A stretch of DNA of 24,000 bases. It comes from Bacillus sp. FJAT-49736. GTDB lineage: Bacteria > Bacillota > Bacilli > Bacillales > Bacillaceae_C. The stretch lies in contig NZ_JAGYPI010000002.1 of assembly GCF_018343615.1 (NCBI RefSeq), positions 57,562-81,561 on the forward strand. The letters are read 5' to 3'. A program made the translations under genes and the position numbers. Below, piece by piece: positions 21,537-24,000 of the stretch (positions are counted from its first letter, which is position 1; each line of letters begins with the position of its first letter). Under the pieces are notes generated by a model. That model was not told the DNA's origin. It saw nothing but the letters and a program-made list of their open reading frames with translations, and ran no database searches.

Positions 21537-23974
21537 AGTTTAACTCTCTGTAACCGCAGTGCATTTAAAACAACGGAAACAGAACCAAATGCCATGGCGG
21601 CACCAGCCAACCATGGTGCCAGGAACCCTAATGCTGCAATAGGGATTCCGAGTGTATTATAAGCAAAGGCCCAGAACAGGTTTTGTTTAATATTGCGGAT
21701 TGTTTTTCTGCTCATAATGATAGCTTCAGCAATCGAATTTAAATTACCGCGCATTAGTGTAATATCAGCAGCTTCCATTGCGATGTCTGTACCAGTCCCA
21801 ATGGCCATACCTATATCAGCTGTTGCAAGAGCTGGCGCATCATTTAATCCGTCTCCCACCATGGCAACCACCTTCCCTTGTTCTTGAATTTTCTTCACTT
21901 CAGCGGCTTTACCTTCAGGGAGTACCTCTGCAATGACAGAGTCAATTCCAACCTCCCTTGCAATAGCTTGGGCAGTTCGCTCATTATCTCCTGTAATCAT
22001 GACGACCTCGAGACCAAGATTCTTTAATTGAGTAATTGCTTGTTGGGAGGATTCTTTTACGGTATCTGCTACAGCGACAATTCCAGAGTATGATCCATTA
22101 ATGGCCACCAACATGGCTGTTTTTCCATGCTCCTCCAAATGAACCATAGTTTTTTCATTTGCTTCTCCAATTTGTATATGATGCTTAGCCATTAGTTTGC
22201 GTGTACCGATCATTACAACCTGTTGATTAATGGTTGCTTGGATACCATAGCCAGGTATAGCTTCAAATTCCTCAGCTGGAAGCAAGGTAATATCGCGATC
22301 TCTAATGCCTTGCACAATTGCCTCAGCAAGCGGATGCTCGGATTTTTTTTCTGCAGAGCCAACAAGCTGTAAAAATTCCTCTTCATTCTGATTGCTTTCT
22401 ATAAAAACATTCGTTAAAACTGGCTTCCCATTTGTTACTGTCCCTGTTTTATCCAATAAAACAGTAGTAATTCGATGAGTTTGTTCAAGATGCTCTCCGC
22501 CTTTAAATAAAATCCCCGCCTCTGCTGCACGTCCTGATCCAGCCATGATAGAAGTTGGTGTAGCTAAGCCTAATGCACATGGACATGCTATTACTAATAC
22601 TGCAATTAGCTTTTCTAGTGCAATAGTAAACTCACCGGGGCTGATAAATAGGAACCACACAAGGAACGTAATTGCTGCTAATCCTACAACAATTGGAACA
22701 AAAATACCGGAAATTTGGTCGGCTAGTCTTTGAATTGGCGCTTTGGATCCCTGTGCTTCTTCTACTACTTTGATGATTTGTGCTAAGGCTGTATCTCTTC
22801 CAACCTTTGTTGCCTTCATTTTTATAAATCCATTTTTATTAATGGTTGCTCCAAATACCATATCACCGATCATTTTGTCCACAGGTACACTTTCGCCTGT
22901 TAGCATGGATTCATCAATGGCAGACTGTCCCTCCAGAATCTCCCCATCGACTGGAACTTTTTCACCAGGCTTTATTAGAATGAGGTCACCTTGTATAACT
23001 TCTTCCAGAGGTATTTCTATTTCTTTTCCGTCTCTTAAAACAGTTGCTGTATTCGCTTGCAGTCCCATCAGTTTTTTTATCGCTTCAGAAGAACGTCCTT
23101 TTGCACGAGCTTCAAACAGTTTTCCTAAAATGATTAAGGTAATGAGGATCGCACTAGTTTCAAAATAAAGCTCTGGCATATGACTGTCCGACCAAATAGA
23201 TCGAATGATAGAATACACGCTGTATAAATAAGCCGCTGAAGTTCCTAATGCAACCAACACATCCATATTGGCACTCTTATTTCTCAGTGCCTTATATGCT
23301 CCAACATAAAACTGCTTCCCTATGATGAATTGGATGGGGGTGGCTAAAGCGAACTGAACCCAGGGGTTCATAAATGCATCTGGTAAATAGATGAACGATG
23401 TAAAGGAAAAATGACTAACCATCGCCCATAATAACGGGATGGACAATATAAGCGAAAAAACAAACTTGCCTTTTTGCTTTGTAATTGCCATTTCTCGATA
23501 GTCTAGTGTTTCTTCCTTGTTATCTTCTCTCAGAAAAGCTTGATAGCCAAGCTTCTCTACTTTCTCTATCATATCCTGTAATGTAGCCTGTTCGGAAAGA
23601 TGCTCGACAGTAGCTGTCTCTAATGTTAGGTTAACGGAAGCGTTCGTTACTCCAGAAATCTTTTTCAATCCTTTTTCAATCCTAGTTGCACATGCTGCAC
23701 ACGTCATTCCCACAATGTGAAGTTCTACTTTTTGAGTTGCAATACCATATCCTAATGCCTCAATTTTCTTCTCGACATTTTCCATATTTGTTATATCACT
23801 ATCAAATTTTACGGTAGCCTTTTCAAGGGCAAGATTGACAGTAGCGTTCTCAATACCCTCCAGCTTGTTTAGGCCTCTTTCAATTCTTGTTGCGCAAGCT
23901 GCACAGGTCATACCTGTAATTGGTAATTGAATTTCCTTCAATGTTGCCTGAGTCACTTTATCCACCTTCTTCAT
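21533..23974 (-). CDS. copA: Copper-translocating P1B-type ATPase CopA
   Basis: 813 aa. It has two N-terminal HMA domains ([12 protein letters not shown] twice), TGES (MLTGESVPV), a CPC motif ([12 protein letters not shown]), the phosphorylation site [11 protein letters not shown], and the hinge [13 protein letters not shown]. Confidence 0.95.
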   Translation of the reverse strand: MKKVDKVTQATLKEIQLPITGMTCAACATRIERGLNKLEGIENATVNLALEKATVKFDSDITNMENVEKKIEALGYGIATQKVELHIVGMTCAACATRIEKGLKKISGVTNASVNLTLETATVEHLSEQATLQDMIEKVEKLGYQAFLREDNKEETLDYREMAITKQKGKFVFSLILSIPLLWAMVSHFSFTSFIYLPDAFMNPWVQFALATPIQFIIGKQFYVGAYKALRNKSANMDVLVALGTSAAYLYSVYSIIRSIWSDSHMPELYFETSAILITLIILGKLFEARAKGRSSEAIKKLMGLQANTATVLRDGKEIEIPLEEVIQGDLILIKPGEKVPVDGEILEGQSAIDESMLTGESVPVDKMIGDMVFGATINKNGFIKMKATKVGRDTALAQIIKVVEEAQGSKAPIQRLADQISGIFVPIVVGLAAITFLVWFLFISPGEFTIALEKLIAVLVIACPCALGLATPTSIMAGSGRAAEAGILFKGGEHLEQTHRITTVLLDKTGTVTNGKPVLTNVFIESNQNEEEFLQLVGSAEKKSEHPLAEAIVQGIRDRDITLLPAEEFEAIPGYGIQATINQQVVMIGTRKLMAKHHIQIGEANEKTMVHLEEHGKTAMLVAINGSYSGIVAVADTVKESSQQAITQLKNLGLEVVMITGDNERTAQAIAREVGIDSVIAEVLPEGKAAEVKKIQEQGKVVAMVGDGLNDAPALATADIGMAIGTGTDIAMEAADITLMRGNLNSIAEAIIMSRKTIRNIKQNLFWAFAYNTLGIPIAALGFLAPWLAGAAMAFGSVSVVLNALRLQRVKL

Positions 23975-24000
23975 TTTTACCAGAGGTTATTTTCGCCTCG

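Noticed and set aside
21693-23168. Plus-strand track ORFs inside copA: 21693-21887, 22545-22733 and 22743-23168.
   Set aside because: They are antisense to a complete P1B-ATPase gene that has all its catalytic motifs. They are typical shadow ORFs.
23975-24000. A possible end of an upstream minus-strand gene (reading ...RGENNLW, then TAA 2 nt before the copA ATG), for example copZ or csoR.
   Set aside because: Only 8 codons are visible at the window edge, which is not enough to identify it.
1-24000. Scanned for CRISPR arrays, IS or transposon ends, integrases, prophage genes, tRNA/rRNA and known defence-system signatures.
   Set aside because: None was seen. There are no regularly spaced repeats, no transposase or recombinase-like ORFs and no obvious compositional island. 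The window looks like core Bacillaceae chromosome.

Overview
Low-GC Bacillaceae-type chromosomal segment, densely coding and dominated by spore, cell-envelope and ion-homeostasis genes. I found no rRNA, tRNA, CRISPR array, transposase, integrase or recognisable defence gene.

Gene order, left to right:
- A FadR-box-like palindrome at the left edge.
- A three-gene spore-coat-like cluster: an unannotated 44-aa ORF plus two Coat-F-related proteins with Q/N-rich tails.
- A GerA-type germinant receptor with only A and C subunits.
- Two SEDS (RodA/FtsW/SpoVE) paralogs flanking a WCPDC thioredoxin-like gene. The second SEDS gene lies directly downstream of an LCP (LytR-CpsA-Psr) gene.
- Two paralogous XRE-HTH::DUF1232 fusion proteins bracketing a ytaF-like membrane protein gene.
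- mgtE, preceded by a clear M-box riboswitch and an unannotated 37-aa ORF.
- cotF, then an unannotated 48-aa membrane mini-protein behind a SigB-type promoter.
- A relP-like small alarmone synthetase and a 291-aa TetR regulator, apparently one operon, divergent from a swrC-like RND exporter.
- An amino-acid ABC binding protein and permease pair with no ATPase gene.
- copA, translationally coupled to an uncharacterised His/Met-rich tandem-domain membrane protein.

The items I consider most worth follow-up:
1. The HTH::DUF1232 paralog pair. Each has its own 17-bp palindrome, and the two differ by a symmetric C/G swap. One palindrome type recurs at the -35 of the mgtE/M-box promoter.
2. The alarmone synthetase wired into a TetR/RND efflux module with twin operators.
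3. The small ORF lodged between the M-box terminator and the mgtE Shine-Dalgarno.
4. The CopA-coupled tandem H-x-H-P domain protein.

All functional calls come from motif and family recognition by eye. No searches were run.
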